Shown piece after piece: positions 1-11,000 of a stretch of DNA of 64,000 bases. The position numbers and the translations under genes were made by a program. The notes below the pieces were generated by a model, which made no database searches, was not told the origin of the DNA, and saw nothing but the letters and a program-made list of their open reading frames with translations. Every line of letters starts with the position of its first letter. Positions within the stretch are counted from its first letter, which is position 1. This DNA is from Bacteroidia bacterium. GTDB lineage: Bacteria; Bacteroidota; Bacteroidia; NS11-12g; UBA9320. Location of the stretch: positions 4,382-68,381 of the forward strand of contig CBFHGJ010000004.1 in the NCBI GenBank assembly GCA_965655315.1, in the 5' to 3' direction.

Positions 1-206
1 ATGTTCCATTTGAAGGTCCGGAATTTTTTAAAATAATGGAGAGTTATTGTTCTCAGGTCGAAGACTTTGATCATCAATCTCAGTTAATGGAAACTTTGCT
101 GTATGATCAACCTTTTCAAAGCTTTAAACGAAAGGTTTATGACCTTAGAATAGCTGATGACTGGATAGCTTATCGCACCAAATTTATAGCTGACATCATC
201 GGTTAG
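1..206 (+). CDS. 3' end of a gene that starts upstream of the window (frame 3 is open from nt 3 to TAG at 204-206; ...FEGPEFFKIMESYCSQVEDFDHQSQLMETLLYDQPFQSFKRKVYDLRIADDWIAYRTKFIADIIG*); product unknown
   Basis: Frame is open from the window edge. Stop overlaps the hflX end by 4 nt, which is a typical convergent arrangement. No family recognised. Confidence 0.3.
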   Translation, partial: VPFEGPEFFKIMESYCSQVEDFDHQSQLMETLLYDQPFQSFKRKVYDLRIADDWIAYRTKFIADIIG

Positions 207-1369
207 CTCAAGTTCTTACGTATTACATCTTTAAGCTCTTGGATATTGTCTCCCTTTGCTGCAGAAATAAAAACTACGTCACCTTCTAGCTTCGCCATCC
301 ATGTCTTCTTGAGCTGTGCTAGATCATAGATAGCTTCATCCTCAAAAATGTCATCAGACGTTGGTTCTGGATGATACTTATCTATTTTGTTGAATACAGT
401 AATTGTTGTCTTATCTCCTGCCCCAATTTCGGTTAACGTTTTCGTGACAGTATTCATCTGTTCTTCAAATTGAGAATGACTAACATCTACAACGTGAAGA
501 AGTATATCCGCTTCAATTACCTCGGCCAATGTACTCTTAAAACTCTCTACTAGTTGGTGGGGTAGTTTTCTTATGAAACCTACAGTATCTGACAATAAAA
601 ATATACAAGGTTTGTAAGTAATAGGGTCAGGCGGGAATACTACTTTTCTAACTGTACTGTCTAAGGTAGCAAACAACTTGTCTTGTGCTAATACGTCAGC
701 TTTGGCTAACAGATTAATCAATGTAGACTTGCCAACATTGGTATACCCTACTAACGCTACTCGCTTTTGTGATTCTCTATTCTTTCTACGAGTAACACTT
801 TGACTGTCTATGTGATCTAGTTCCTTTTTCAGCTTCGATATCTTATCCCTAATGACACGTCTATCAGTTTCAATCTCCTTCTCCCCCGGACCTTTCATAC
901 CTATACCCCCTTTTTGTTTCTGAAGGTGTGTCCACATCCGAGTTAGTCTTGGAAGTAGGTATTCGCTTTGAGCAAGTTCTACTTGTGTCCTGGCTTGTGC
1001 AGTTTTAGCATTTTTTGCAAAAATGTCGAGTATAAGGCTACTTCTATCTACTATCTTACAATGCACAAACTCTTCCAAATTTCTTATTTGTGAAGGACTT
1101 AATTCATCATCAAAAATGGCTAAGTCTATCTCATGTTGTTTTACATAAGAAGCGATATCCTCTAGTTTACCTTTACCTATGTACGTTTTAGGATTCGGAT
1201 GATCTAACCTTTGAGTGAATCGTTTCGCAGTTTCTGCTCCAGCAGTATAAGCTAAAAATTCGAGCTCGTCTAAAAATACGGTATTGGTCTTAAGTGGGAC
1301 ATTTTTAGGTTCCACACCGATAAGAATCGCTTTCTCTGCTTGTTTATTTTGGTTGACTTGAAATTCCAA
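203..1369 (-). CDS. hflX: GTPase HflX
   Basis: 388 aa. G1 motif GYTNVGKSTLINLL, DTVGF, NKID. HflX-type N-terminal domain. Confidence 0.88.
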   Translation of the reverse strand: MEFQVNQNKQAEKAILIGVEPKNVPLKTNTVFLDELEFLAYTAGAETAKRFTQRLDHPNPKTYIGKGKLEDIASYVKQHEIDLAIFDDELSPSQIRNLEEFVHCKIVDRSSLILDIFAKNAKTAQARTQVELAQSEYLLPRLTRMWTHLQKQKGGIGMKGPGEKEIETDRRVIRDKISKLKKELDHIDSQSVTRRKNRESQKRVALVGYTNVGKSTLINLLAKADVLAQDKLFATLDSTVRKVVFPPDPITYKPCIFLLSDTVGFIRKLPHQLVESFKSTLAEVIEADILLHVVDVSHSQFEEQMNTVTKTLTEIGAGDKTTITVFNKIDKYHPEPTSDDIFEDEAIYDLAQLKKTWMAKLEGDVVFISAAKGDNIQELKDVIRKNLS

Positions 1370-1423
1370 GATTGGTACTTATACGTTTATAATATTCGTT
1401 ACTTTGTAAAATAGTAATTCTGC

Positions 1424-2878
1424 TTGCAAAAATACATCCAAAATATAGGCTTATTGGTCTTGCTGACTCTATTATCACACGGATACGCAATTGCTCAATC
1501 TCTGCAATGGAGTAATCCAACAAAACTGAAAGGTGCAACAGTTTTTTCTCAAGTTATAGGTGAAAATGAAGAAGGAATTTTTGTTTTAAGGTATCGAAAT
1601 CGATTTTACAGTAAAAATATAATAATAGAAAAATATGACCACCGATTAGCACTTAAGACGGGTAAAAGTATTGACCTTAGACAATCTAGGTTACTCAAGC
1701 TCTATATGCAACAGAATAGTATGCTTTTGATTAAAGCAAAGTATGATAAATCAAAGCGAATTATTCAGGTAATTAGCCAGTCCTATGACTTCAATCTTAA
1801 ACCTATAAATAAACCTGAAATTTTAGCCGTTGCACAACCTATAGAGTTTGGTGATAAAGGAAACTTTAGACTCCGAATAAGTGACAATCGAGCATTTATT
1901 TCGCTCTTGTATTCCGAAAAAAGTGACCAGGGCACCTATATTCTGCATCATAAGCTATTATCGGATAGTTTGACTCTCCTTCACGAGCAAAACATAGAGC
2001 TTCCATACTTATATAATAATTTTTTAGTTTCAGATTTTCTAGTAAGCAATTCCGGAGTCGTAGATCTTGCTTGTGGAGTATATACTCGAAGAAAAAAAAA
2101 AATAGTCGCTAGTGAAGTAAGACTTTTTAGATTTAGAGAGAATACGTTGTCTGATGTATCAGTGGCTCCTGACTTGGATATCAAAACAGCTAAACTGGTC
2201 CATGATCGCTTGCTCGACCGAACTACGTTAATAGGACTATATGGGGACAAAAACGAATACGGGCTTGTTGGTAGCTTTAATTTTTATGCTGATAGTTTAA
2301 GTAAACCTAATTTGCTCGTCAGTAGTTTTTCAGAATCATTTGTAGAAGCTATGAATTTGAATAATAGTAGTACTAGTAACATTTCTGAAGGTTTTGAGGT
2401 GATAAAAGCTATACCTCGCTCCGATGGAGGAGTTTTACTCATTGCTGAGCAAAAAGACATTGCAACTGAAGATGATATCATTTTGGTAAATGGTATCCCA
2501 CAAAGCACATCAAATAACATCTTCAACTTTAACGAACTACTTTTACTAAATATTGATGCTGAGGGGTTCCTTGATTGGCACAAAGTGATAACTAAAAACC
2601 AAACTACGGTAAATGACGGCGGGTATTTTAGTTCTGCAGTAGTATATATAGGTGACAAGTTTGTTCAACTACTTTACAATGATCAGCTTAGAAATACTGG
2701 TGAGGTGATGAAATACACAATTTACAACAACGGAGCAGAGGAAAGCACGAAGTTGTTTAAAACCTCTGTAGATGACGTGGCCATTATTCCTTCAGAGTCT
2801 TTACAAGTTTCGTCAAACAAGCTAATTATTCCAACTTCCAAAAACAGACGATTCGCATTACTCAAACTTCAGTATTAG
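1424..2878 (+). CDS. hypothetical secreted protein with N-terminal signal peptide
   Basis: 484 aa. Hydrophobic N-terminus LLVLLTLLSHGYAIAQ. No recognisable family. Contains an A11 homopolymer at 2092-2102. Confidence 0.55.
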   Translation: MQKYIQNIGLLVLLTLLSHGYAIAQSLQWSNPTKLKGATVFSQVIGENEEGIFVLRYRNRFYSKNIIIEKYDHRLALKTGKSIDLRQSRLLKLYMQQNSMLLIKAKYDKSKRIIQVISQSYDFNLKPINKPEILAVAQPIEFGDKGNFRLRISDNRAFISLLYSEKSDQGTYILHHKLLSDSLTLLHEQNIELPYLYNNFLVSDFLVSNSGVVDLACGVYTRRKKKIVASEVRLFRFRENTLSDVSVAPDLDIKTAKLVHDRLLDRTTLIGLYGDKNEYGLVGSFNFYADSLSKPNLLVSSFSESFVEAMNLNNSSTSNISEGFEVIKAIPRSDGGVLLIAEQKDIATEDDIILVNGIPQSTSNNIFNFNELLLLNIDAEGFLDWHKVITKNQTTVNDGGYFSSAVVYIGDKFVQLLYNDQLRNTGEVMKYTIYNNGAEESTKLFKTSVDDVAIIPSESLQVSSNKLIIPTSKNRRFALLKLQY

Positions 2879-3780
2879 TGATTAGAACTTTAACAGATAA
2901 TAAAGCAACCGCTTTCATTTTTTCATTTGCTTTACTGATAGGATATCAAGTGATTTTGGATACAGTTTCTTTAGCTAGTATCCTTAAAACGGTCTTGTTA
3001 TTTGCTGAAGGGTTATTGCTTAATTACCTATGCAGTAAATACAAAATAATTGGTCAAAAAAATAACTTAGTACTAATAGTATTCTGCCTATTAAGTGTTG
3101 TTGTTATTCCAGATTTGTCCTTTAATGATCTAGTTTACGGGCTAGTTTGGTTAGCAGGTTTCCTTTTTGCATTTGAGAGCAGTGAAAACCCAAGTCAAAC
3201 GGATAACTACCTGATCTATTTTGGTATCTTATTGGGATTTTCACAAACTGTGAATCCTATAAGTGTCCTTTTGTTTATACCTGTTTATCTCCTTTTCATT
3301 CAAACTGGTACGCGAAATATCAGAAGTTTGATTCTTGGTTTACTTTACTTTTCTATGGTAATTTTTGCTTATGAGTGTGTCCTTTACGTCATAGAACTAG
3401 AGGGCGAGATTCTGTCTCTTATCCCAAAATTGACTTTTGAATATTCAGCCTTTGATAATATTTTGATCAAACTACTATTCCCAATTGTCATTGTGAGTAT
3501 CATTATTCATCTCCTTTCGTTAAACACGTATAAGTTTAGATTCCCAAATAAATCTAAAATTCTAAACTTCACCCTGCTAATTCAACTATCCATTGCTGTA
3601 GTTTTAATTGTTCTTACCTCTCAGTCAGACCTGCTTATTTATGCTCTAATGGCTTCGGCAATTTTATTAAGTTTTGGGTTTACATATAAAAGTGAATCTA
3701 TATTCGTAAATGCAGCTTTTGCGAGTTTACTCTGTATAGCATTAGCTTCACTCTACTTACATAAGATATTAATCTTGTAA
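2878..3780 (+). CDS. polytopic integral membrane protein, unknown function
   Basis: 300 aa with about 8-9 hydrophobic helices. GTG start overlaps the stop of the previous gene (TAGTG), suggesting a two-gene operon. Confidence 0.5.
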   Translation: MIRTLTDNKATAFIFSFALLIGYQVILDTVSLASILKTVLLFAEGLLLNYLCSKYKIIGQKNNLVLIVFCLLSVVVIPDLSFNDLVYGLVWLAGFLFAFESSENPSQTDNYLIYFGILLGFSQTVNPISVLLFIPVYLLFIQTGTRNIRSLILGLLYFSMVIFAYECVLYVIELEGEILSLIPKLTFEYSAFDNILIKLLFPIVIVSIIIHLLSLNTYKFRFPNKSKILNFTLLIQLSIAVVLIVLTSQSDLLIYALMASAILLSFGFTYKSESIFVNAAFASLLCIALASLYLHKILIL

Positions 3781-3836
3781 CAGTAGTAATTATTAATTTT
3801 CTTTGTGGAACAAAAATTGTACTTGAATCTATAGAT

Positions 3837-4400
3837 ATGAATGAGGATATAAAATCAGTATTAGAAGAACTTCGCACAAGCTCAGATAAGAGTCTAACAC
3901 ATGTAGCTAGCGAAGTAGGAAAACTAAGAGCAGGAAAAGCTACTCCATCTATGCTTGATAGTGTAATGGTAGAGTACTATGGCAGTAAAGTACCTTTGAG
4001 TCAAGTCGCCAATGTAAATACTCCTGATGCCAAAACACTAATGGTTAAACCTTGGGAAAAGGCAATGATTGATGAAATAAGCAAAGGTATCATGGTAGCT
4101 AATCTCGGCCTAAATCCTCAGAACGATGGAGAGCAAGTTATCATAAATGTACCACCGCTTACAGAAGAACGAAGAAGACAGCTCGTAAAACAAGCTAAGG
4201 GGGAATCAGAACACGGTAAAATAGGATTAAGAAGTGCACGAAAAGATGCAATAGACATGATAAAACTACTGGAAAAAGATGGACTCAGTGAAGATATGGC
4301 TAAAGATGCTGAAGCAGATGTACAGAAAATAATAGATGATTACAGTAAGAGAATAGATGAGGTAATCAGCAATAAAGAAAAAGAAATAATGACAATCTAA
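3837..4400 (+). CDS. frr: ribosome recycling factor
   Basis: 187 aa, full-length similarity to RRF (…VEYYGSKVPLSQVANV…RRRQLVKQAK…). Confidence 0.92.
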   Translation: MNEDIKSVLEELRTSSDKSLTHVASEVGKLRAGKATPSMLDSVMVEYYGSKVPLSQVANVNTPDAKTLMVKPWEKAMIDEISKGIMVANLGLNPQNDGEQVIINVPPLTEERRRQLVKQAKGESEHGKIGLRSARKDAIDMIKLLEKDGLSEDMAKDAEADVQKIIDDYSKRIDEVISNKEKEIMTI

Positions 4401-4424
4401 ATCCATAGAAGGGATAAGAATATG

Positions 4425-4460
4425 AAAAGAGGGTTCTTTAGAGTCCTCTTTTTTATTTTA
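4425..4460 (+). terminator. rho-independent terminator after frr
   Basis: Stem AAAAGAGG / CCTCTTTT around a 12-nt loop, followed by TTTTTTATTTT. Confidence 0.6.
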
Positions 4461-4471
4461 AATTTGCAAGC

Positions 4472-4780
4472 ATGGATGAGACAGAGTATGTCAAACAGTT
4501 TAAGAAGAAATATCATACGTATTCTGTAAGCAATATACTTAGAGAAGCAGCAATAATGATCCCAGTATTAGTGTTTTCAGTAGGAGTTACTTCTGGTTTT
4601 AGCTGGAAATTGATAGTCTTTGCAATACTGAGTAGTCTTTTGTTCGGGATTTTTCAGATAACACTTCAACGCTACCTATACAAAAGAGGATACAGTAAGA
4701 TACCTCCACAGTCTAAATACTCTAATAAATCCTATAAACAGATACAAGAGGAGAAAGCCTCTAAATCCAAAGATGTTTAG
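4472..4780 (+). CDS. small membrane protein (2 TM), hypothetical
   Basis: 102 aa with two hydrophobic segments and a lysine-rich tail. Confidence 0.35.
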   Translation: MDETEYVKQFKKKYHTYSVSNILREAAIMIPVLVFSVGVTSGFSWKLIVFAILSSLLFGIFQITLQRYLYKRGYSKIPPQSKYSNKSYKQIQEEKASKSKDV

Positions 4781-5381
4781 AACAATTCTGCTCCACTACT
4801 TGAAATGATTGTCCATCATATTCCACCACATAAAGACACAAGTTGTTGTGCTTAAATTCATCCATTTGTTGAAGTGGCGTTTTGGTAAGTAAACATAGGA
4901 AGCTTCGCATAGCTCTGCCGTGCATAGCGATTAAGACAGTTCTTTCACTTTCCTTTTGTAGTAGTTTGTTGAGTCCTATACTCTGTCGTTTTTGCATTGC
5001 GTTTGGTGTCTCACCACCCTCCACAGCCCTATCTAGTAGTCCAGCTTTCCAGTCTCGGATCATTGCTTGATATTCTTTAAAACTATCAGGTGTTCCTTTT
5101 AGTCCTTCAAACTTGCCCCAGTTAATCTCATTAAACTCTGGCATAACCTCCATTGCTACACCTTGTTTGATGAATTTTTCGACACTCTGCTGTGTCCGTT
5201 TTAACTCGCTTGTATAAATTTTATCAAAAGAAATATGGTGATAGGCTTTGTAAAACTGCTCAGCTTGTTTTCTACCTGTTTCATTTAGGCTACTATCTAT
5301 TCCGCTACCTTGAATTACCCCCTGTTTGTTATAATCGGTTTGCCCATGTCTAATGATATAAATCGTTTTCTTTGCGGTCAC
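4761..5381 (-). CDS. histidine phosphatase family protein (phosphoglycerate mutase-like)
   Basis: 206 aa. RHG motif at the N-terminus (YIIRHGQTDYN), and a conserved His later (AMHGRAMR). Confidence 0.8.
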   Translation of the reverse strand: MTAKKTIYIIRHGQTDYNKQGVIQGSGIDSSLNETGRKQAEQFYKAYHHISFDKIYTSELKRTQQSVEKFIKQGVAMEVMPEFNEINWGKFEGLKGTPDSFKEYQAMIRDWKAGLLDRAVEGGETPNAMQKRQSIGLNKLLQKESERTVLIAMHGRAMRSFLCLLTKTPLQQMDEFKHNNLCLYVVEYDGQSFQVVEQNCSKHLWI

Positions 5382-5398
5382 TTCGGTAGAATAAGCGT

Positions 5399-5818
5399 AT
5401 GATTCCCTACAAAACTATAAACAAATCAGACTTAAACGAGTTTGCTAAAAACAGCATGTCGGATTATCTGGATATGGAGGTTATCAAGATAACGGAATCT
5501 TATGTAATTATGCGTATGCCTGTAGTGCCGAAGGTAAAGCAACCAATTGGTCTGTTACACGGAGGGGCTGCCGCCGCATTAGCTGAGAATGTAGCGAGTC
5601 TAGCAGGTTCACTAGTGGTTCGTCCTGAGAATAAAGTTGCCGTAGGCTTATCCCTAAATATAAATCATCTCAAAAGTGTACATGAAGGATATATCTATGC
5701 TAAAGCTGAACCTGTTCATCTAGGAAAGAAAACACAAGTGTGGGAGGTGAAAACAAGCACAGATAATGGTACGTTAATAAATGTAGCACGAATGACCTTA
5801 GCCGTAATCAAAAAATGA
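5399..5818 (+). CDS. hotdog-fold PaaI/YdiI-type thioesterase (possible DHNA-CoA thioesterase MenI)
   Basis: 139 aa. Motif GLLHGGAAAALAENVASLAG is typical of PaaI/4HBT thioesterases. Overlaps menF by 4 nt. Confidence 0.7.
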   Translation: MIPYKTINKSDLNEFAKNSMSDYLDMEVIKITESYVIMRMPVVPKVKQPIGLLHGGAAAALAENVASLAGSLVVRPENKVAVGLSLNINHLKSVHEGYIYAKAEPVHLGKKTQVWEVKTSTDNGTLINVARMTLAVIKK

Positions 5819-6792
5819 CTGCAGATATAGAAAAAATAGGTGCGTTGGTATACTTACCAGAGGAAAAGGAAATAAAGAAATACAATGCAGAGCATTTAGA
5901 GTCATTTAAAGAAATAGACAGCTATTGGATGCAACGGGAGGGCCTACTTTTCTATCCGTTTGACCGAAGTAAGCAGGCCTACTTTTTTGGTGAAAACAAA
6001 CCAGAAAACCCTATCAAAGAGTTTGATCTGGCACCCAATGATGTTTTAACTCAGTCAGAGTATGAGACAAGTGTTTTTATGGCAAAAGCGGAAATGGCAG
6101 ATGAGGAACTTGAGAAGGTTGTACTTGCAAGAAACTTAATTTTAGAAGGAGACTATGACCCAATGGAGTCTTTCAAGAAAGCTGTTGAGTACTATCCAAA
6201 CTGTTTCGGCTACTACATTGATATAGGTCCGGAAGTATGGGTTGGTGCTTCACCAGAACTTTTGTTGCATTTCGAAGACGATGTTTTATACACAGTAGCA
6301 CTTGCCGGAACCAAATCATTAAGCGATTCTTTTACTGATAAGGAGAGAGAGGAGCAAGATATGGTAGCTCAGTTTATTGAAGATAAACTCAATCTGATAG
6401 GTATAATGAGTTACAATAAGAGTGAAACTACGGAAGCTCATTTTGGGGAGATTAAACATCTTAAAACCACTTACGCTATGGCGGCTGATAAAGATGTAGC
6501 TCTAGAGCTATTAAAGCATCTACAACCAACTAGTGCCGTTTGTGGACTACCTAGAGATAAGAGCTTTTCATTCATACAAGAGTTTGAAACGATGAATCGT
6601 AGTTTTTACTCAGGTATAACTGGTATTCTGACTGAGACCAAGGCAACTTTCTTCGTTAATTTGAGATGTATGCGATTCTTTGGAGATAAGATTGAGTTGT
6701 TTGCTGGAGCTGGCATTACGTCTGAATCTGACCCTCTATCAGAATGGGGAGAAACCGAAAGGAAGCTAGAAGGTATTAGAAAATTTTTATAG
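5815..6792 (+). CDS. menF: isochorismate synthase (chorismate-binding enzyme; menaquinone pathway)
   Basis: 325 aa. C-terminal chorismate-binding signature (…FFVNLRCMRF…AGAGITSESDPLSEWGETERK…). Confidence 0.72.
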   Translation: MTADIEKIGALVYLPEEKEIKKYNAEHLESFKEIDSYWMQREGLLFYPFDRSKQAYFFGENKPENPIKEFDLAPNDVLTQSEYETSVFMAKAEMADEELEKVVLARNLILEGDYDPMESFKKAVEYYPNCFGYYIDIGPEVWVGASPELLLHFEDDVLYTVALAGTKSLSDSFTDKEREEQDMVAQFIEDKLNLIGIMSYNKSETTEAHFGEIKHLKTTYAMAADKDVALELLKHLQPTSAVCGLPRDKSFSFIQEFETMNRSFYSGITGILTETKATFFVNLRCMRFFGDKIELFAGAGITSESDPLSEWGETERKLEGIRKFL

Positions 6793-6795
6793 AGT

Positions 6796-7431
6796 TTAAT
6801 CTTGGGAAGAAATAGCATTCGCTAACATTTCCTCATATAACTCATTTGGGACCTCTTTTGCACCAAACTGAAGTAAATGATTATTTAAGTATTGGGTGTC
6901 TAACAACTTATAATCTTGTCGCTTCAGAAAATCTACTAGATATACAAGTGCTATTTTGCTTGCATCAGTTTCCTTGTGAAACATGCTTTCTCCAAAAAAG
7001 GCTTTTCCAATAGATACTCCATATAAGCCACCAACTAGCTCATCTTCTCTCCACGTTTCGAAACTAAAGGCATAACCCATCTCCTTGAGCTTACTATAAG
7101 TATGAATGATCTCCTCGCTTATCCAGGTATCATTTCTATCAGCACAACCTCTTATAGTCCCTTCGAAATCGTAATTGATTCTAAGATCAAAATAGTTCTT
7201 CTTATAGAGCCGTTTTAAGTTCTTAGAGAGATGGAACTCATCCAATGGAATAATTCCTCTCATATCTGGTTTGAACCAAAAAATCTCATTGTCATCTTCT
7301 GGAACAGCCATAGGAAAATAGCCTTGTGAGTATGCATATAGTAATTCTCCTGGGTCAAGCATATGGTTACTTTTGCAAAAGAAATCATATTCATGAAGAT
7401 AATTTGTATAGGAAGAAATTATAGTAAACAC
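6796..7431 (-). CDS. aat: leucyl/phenylalanyl-tRNA--protein transferase
   Basis: 211 aa. Aat family motifs (LLYAYSQGYFPM, WFKPDMRGIIPLDEFH). Confidence 0.85.
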   Translation of the reverse strand: MFTIISSYTNYLHEYDFFCKSNHMLDPGELLYAYSQGYFPMAVPEDDNEIFWFKPDMRGIIPLDEFHLSKNLKRLYKKNYFDLRINYDFEGTIRGCADRNDTWISEEIIHTYSKLKEMGYAFSFETWREDELVGGLYGVSIGKAFFGESMFHKETDASKIALVYLVDFLKRQDYKLLDTQYLNNHLLQFGAKEVPNELYEEMLANAISSQD

Positions 7432-8001
7432 GCTAGAGAACTAGGGAATGAAATTCCATCAGAACCCGTGATATTTATGAAACCAGACTCATCCATTTTT
7501 CGACAACGGGATGCCTTCTACATCCCAGATTGGACCCAAGAAGTTCATTATGAGTTAGAAATAGTTATGAAAATGAATCGACTCGGCAAAAACATTGAAT
7601 CTAAATTCGCTCATAAATATTTCGAGGAATTCACCGTAGGTATAGACTTCACTGCACGAGATGTACAAAAATCGTTGAAAGAAAAAGGCCTTCCTTGGGA
7701 AAAATCTAAAGCCTTTGATCAAAGTGCAGTCTTGGGTGATTTTCTAAAAGTCAAAGATTATGATCTATCAAATTTAAACTTTGAGCTTCTGAAAAATGGA
7801 GAAAAAGTTCAGTCAGGGAATTCCAGAGAAATGATATTTTCCATTCCAGAAATCATAGAACACTGCTCACAATATTTTACAGTTAAAATAGGGGATCTGT
7901 TTTTTACAGGGACTCCAGAAGGAGTAGGTAAAGTAGAAAGTGGAGATATTTTAGAGGGTTATATAGAAGGAAAGAAGGTGCTTGCAGTGAAAATAAAATA
8001 G
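7363..8001 (+). CDS. fumarylacetoacetate hydrolase (FAH) family protein
   Basis: 212 aa. FAH-fold motifs (GRNYSKHARELG…, EIELEIVM, GTPEGVG). Confidence 0.78.
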   Translation: MVTFAKEIIFMKIICIGRNYSKHARELGNEIPSEPVIFMKPDSSIFRQRDAFYIPDWTQEVHYELEIVMKMNRLGKNIESKFAHKYFEEFTVGIDFTARDVQKSLKEKGLPWEKSKAFDQSAVLGDFLKVKDYDLSNLNFELLKNGEKVQSGNSREMIFSIPEIIEHCSQYFTVKIGDLFFTGTPEGVGKVESGDILEGYIEGKKVLAVKIK

Positions 8002-8025
8002 GTGTTAAAATCAGTAAACAAAAAA

Positions 8026-8055
8026 AGGGTGCAATCAAATAATTGATTGCACCCT
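8026..8055. terminator. bidirectional intrinsic terminator between convergent genes
   Basis: Perfect 13-bp stem AGGGTGCAATCAA / TTGATTGCACCCT with loop ATAA. A7 on one side gives a U-tract for the minus-strand giant gene; TTTAAT on the other side serves the plus-strand gene. Confidence 0.78.
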
Positions 8056-8076
8056 TTAATATTTAACAAGGCCGTG

Positions 8077-11000
8077 TTATGGTTGTCTTATTAACTCTAC
8101 CTGTCCTTCTATAGGACCCTGACCTTCATTTTCTTCTCCAAACTCAAACTTGTAGTTGATAATGTAGAAGTAGGTTCCTTCTGGGCAGTCCGATTTAGTA
8201 TTATCTACTTTACCATTCCAAGAAGTATTTATATCATCTGATTCAAATACTTTTTCGCCCCATCTGTTATATATCTTAATATTATATTCTTCAAGACCCT
8301 CTCCGTCTATAACAAACTCATTGTTTCTTATATCACCTTCAGGAGTAAATACATTATATACAACTAGTCTTCTTACATAAGAGTTATTAACTAATTGACA
8401 TACAGTATCCATACATCCTATTGAGCTTTGAGCTATTAAACATACTTCATAAGTACCAGTTCTATTATCCCAATTATAGCACGGATTTACTTCGTTGCTA
8501 CTTCCTGGAAGTGGGTCATCTTCAAATGACCATTCATATTTAGTAGAATCAGCATCTACCGATTCATTTATAAAGCAGAAGTTTGGTCGGTCGGAAGAAT
8601 CTATCGAGAACTTAGCTTCAACACCTGCAACTCTTACGAATACACTATCTCGTCCCCAACATCTCGGTAAGATATCATATTCAGGAGCTTGTGCTACCCA
8701 ATAGTTACCAGGACTACTAAAGCTTCTTGACCAAGTTCTATCCGTTGTTGTAGCTCGATTTAATGAATCTCCTTCGCTAGACAACCACACTAATCTGGTG
8801 TAACGCTCATCTAAGCTATCGATAGTAAAGTTAATTACTTCATTTGGACAGACAAGTGTGTCATCCGCTGAAATATGTACTTCTGGTAGCGGTTTGACGA
8901 TAGCAACCATTCTACGTTGCACCAATTGGGACTCACTACTATCTGGGAACACCCTTGTACAACTATTGCCATCTGGCATAACATCCTGCATAGCTAACCA
9001 TAGAATGAATGTGTCTGCTCTTTGGTAAACGTGACCATACTTCTCTGAACCAGCTGGTGGATCTGAGAAATTACCATCACCCCAGTTCATTAATAAACTT
9101 GGGTTGTTACCGTCACTCGTACTTAAGTTTTTCAAGAAAACTGAATCTCCTAAACAAATTTCAATAGTATCTGTCAAACCACCCAAATCAAATTCAAATT
9201 CTGGTCTAGGTCCAGGTATATAGATACGCTTGGTGATAGAGTCTTCACAACCCAGCTCTGACCACACCTTTAATGTTACATCAAAACTACCTCCAGAGGT
9301 ATAGTTATGAGATGGATTCTGCAGTAAACTCTTACGAGTACCATCCCCGAAATCCCATTCCCATCGTATTACTTTTTCACAACTAAGAATAGTTCCATCA
9401 GCACACGTATCTCTACACGGATCATCTACCCAGCTACTATCTGTAAAGTTTACAATAGACTCACAGCTAATTACAGAATCACCTAAAAAGTCAGGATGTA
9501 ACCTTGAAATGTACGCAGTGAGTACAGAGGTATCTCTACAACCAATACTATCCTTAGCTATAATAGTAATGTCGTACTTTCCAGGATTTTTATATCTGTG
9601 ATTTAGTACAATCGAACCTACAGAGCTATCTCCATCACCCCAAAAGGCTTTGTGGAACTCTATCAAATTCGCAACTCTATCAGGAGTTTGCCAGAAAGGA
9701 ATTTCCTTAATAGGATAAGTGAACGGATCTTCCTCTCCATACTGATAATACCTAAGTGAATCCTCTACAAGAAGAGAAGCACCCTCACACAGGTTCTCGT
9801 TTTCTAACCAATATTCATTATAAAAACCTACGTTCAATAGATTACCTGATCTAGCTTCACATCCATCTGTATTATTTAAGAACAGAGTAGGAATCATAGG
9901 TCCGTTGCCTGCACGGAATATAGTATCCTTAGCTCCTGGGAAACACGGATCTGGAGTAACTTCTTCCGGGAAAACATACTGTTTTCTCCATACACCTGCA
10001 ATGGTATCTAACTGTCCATTACCAGATGTATCTTGAAGGAGTGTATCGTAACCTTGTAAAGAAGAATCCCTAAAGTGTAAAATTTGAGAAACTTCATAAG
10101 AATTAACACAATCATCTCTATTGTAATTGTTAGTAGAATCAATAACATTTACTTGTACATTTTCCTGTCGAGTCTGAATACTAGTTATGGAATCTTGGGT
10201 CGGGTCTACCTGAGATTTAACTCTGTTACCTGCCATATCTGTGAAAAAGGTAGTATCTGGAACTGTGATAGATTCTGCAGTTACAGTAGTATCATACAAG
10301 AACATTGGAGAATAAACTCTACACCTCATTCTTCTATCACCTTCTACCCATACATCAGGGTCCACTTTCTCAGAGTAAGCCTTCTTGCCAAACCTAAAGA
10401 ACTGACTCAAACCAGTTGTATCAAGACAACCACTTGTTCCATCACCAAGGTAAAGTGGGATATCTTCAGGTGGCAATTCAGAATAATTTAACCCTAATAA
10501 TTGCTCAAATGCATCCTTTACAGCTCCATCAGCGTTTCTAGTGTCAGCTACGATTCTATAATCTTTTATAATCGTTGTTACTATCGTATCAATTATTTCT
10601 AAGCCTCCAAAATCTGTTATAGTTTGTCTAATAACATAGTTATACAACCAATCATCAGAAGGACTCCAGATTACATTTGCATCATTTCTGCCTGCTACAG
10701 GTCCATTGTATTTCTCATAATACTTGAATTGCTCAACATAAATATCTAGTGTAGGTCCTCTTCCAATACCTTGGTAACCCCAAGCCCATCTCAACACAGA
10801 TATACTGTCTTGAATTGGCTCATTTATTCGGAATACAGCTTCACCACCAGCACAAATCACTTTTCTAGGTGTAGTAGGCTCTAATATGGTAAATCCTGAA
10901 TTTAAATATAAAATTCTGAATAAATCATTATACCAAAATGTATCAAGACATTCCGGTAGCATTCCTCCTCCTTGTTGAGGTACCATTCTACCATTACCTA

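Noticed and set aside
1344-2658. Track ORFs 1344..1538(-), 1981..2250(-), 2284..2658(-)
   Set aside because: They lie antisense or out of frame within or across hflX and the 484-aa gene, have low-complexity composition and no signal features. Treated as spurious.
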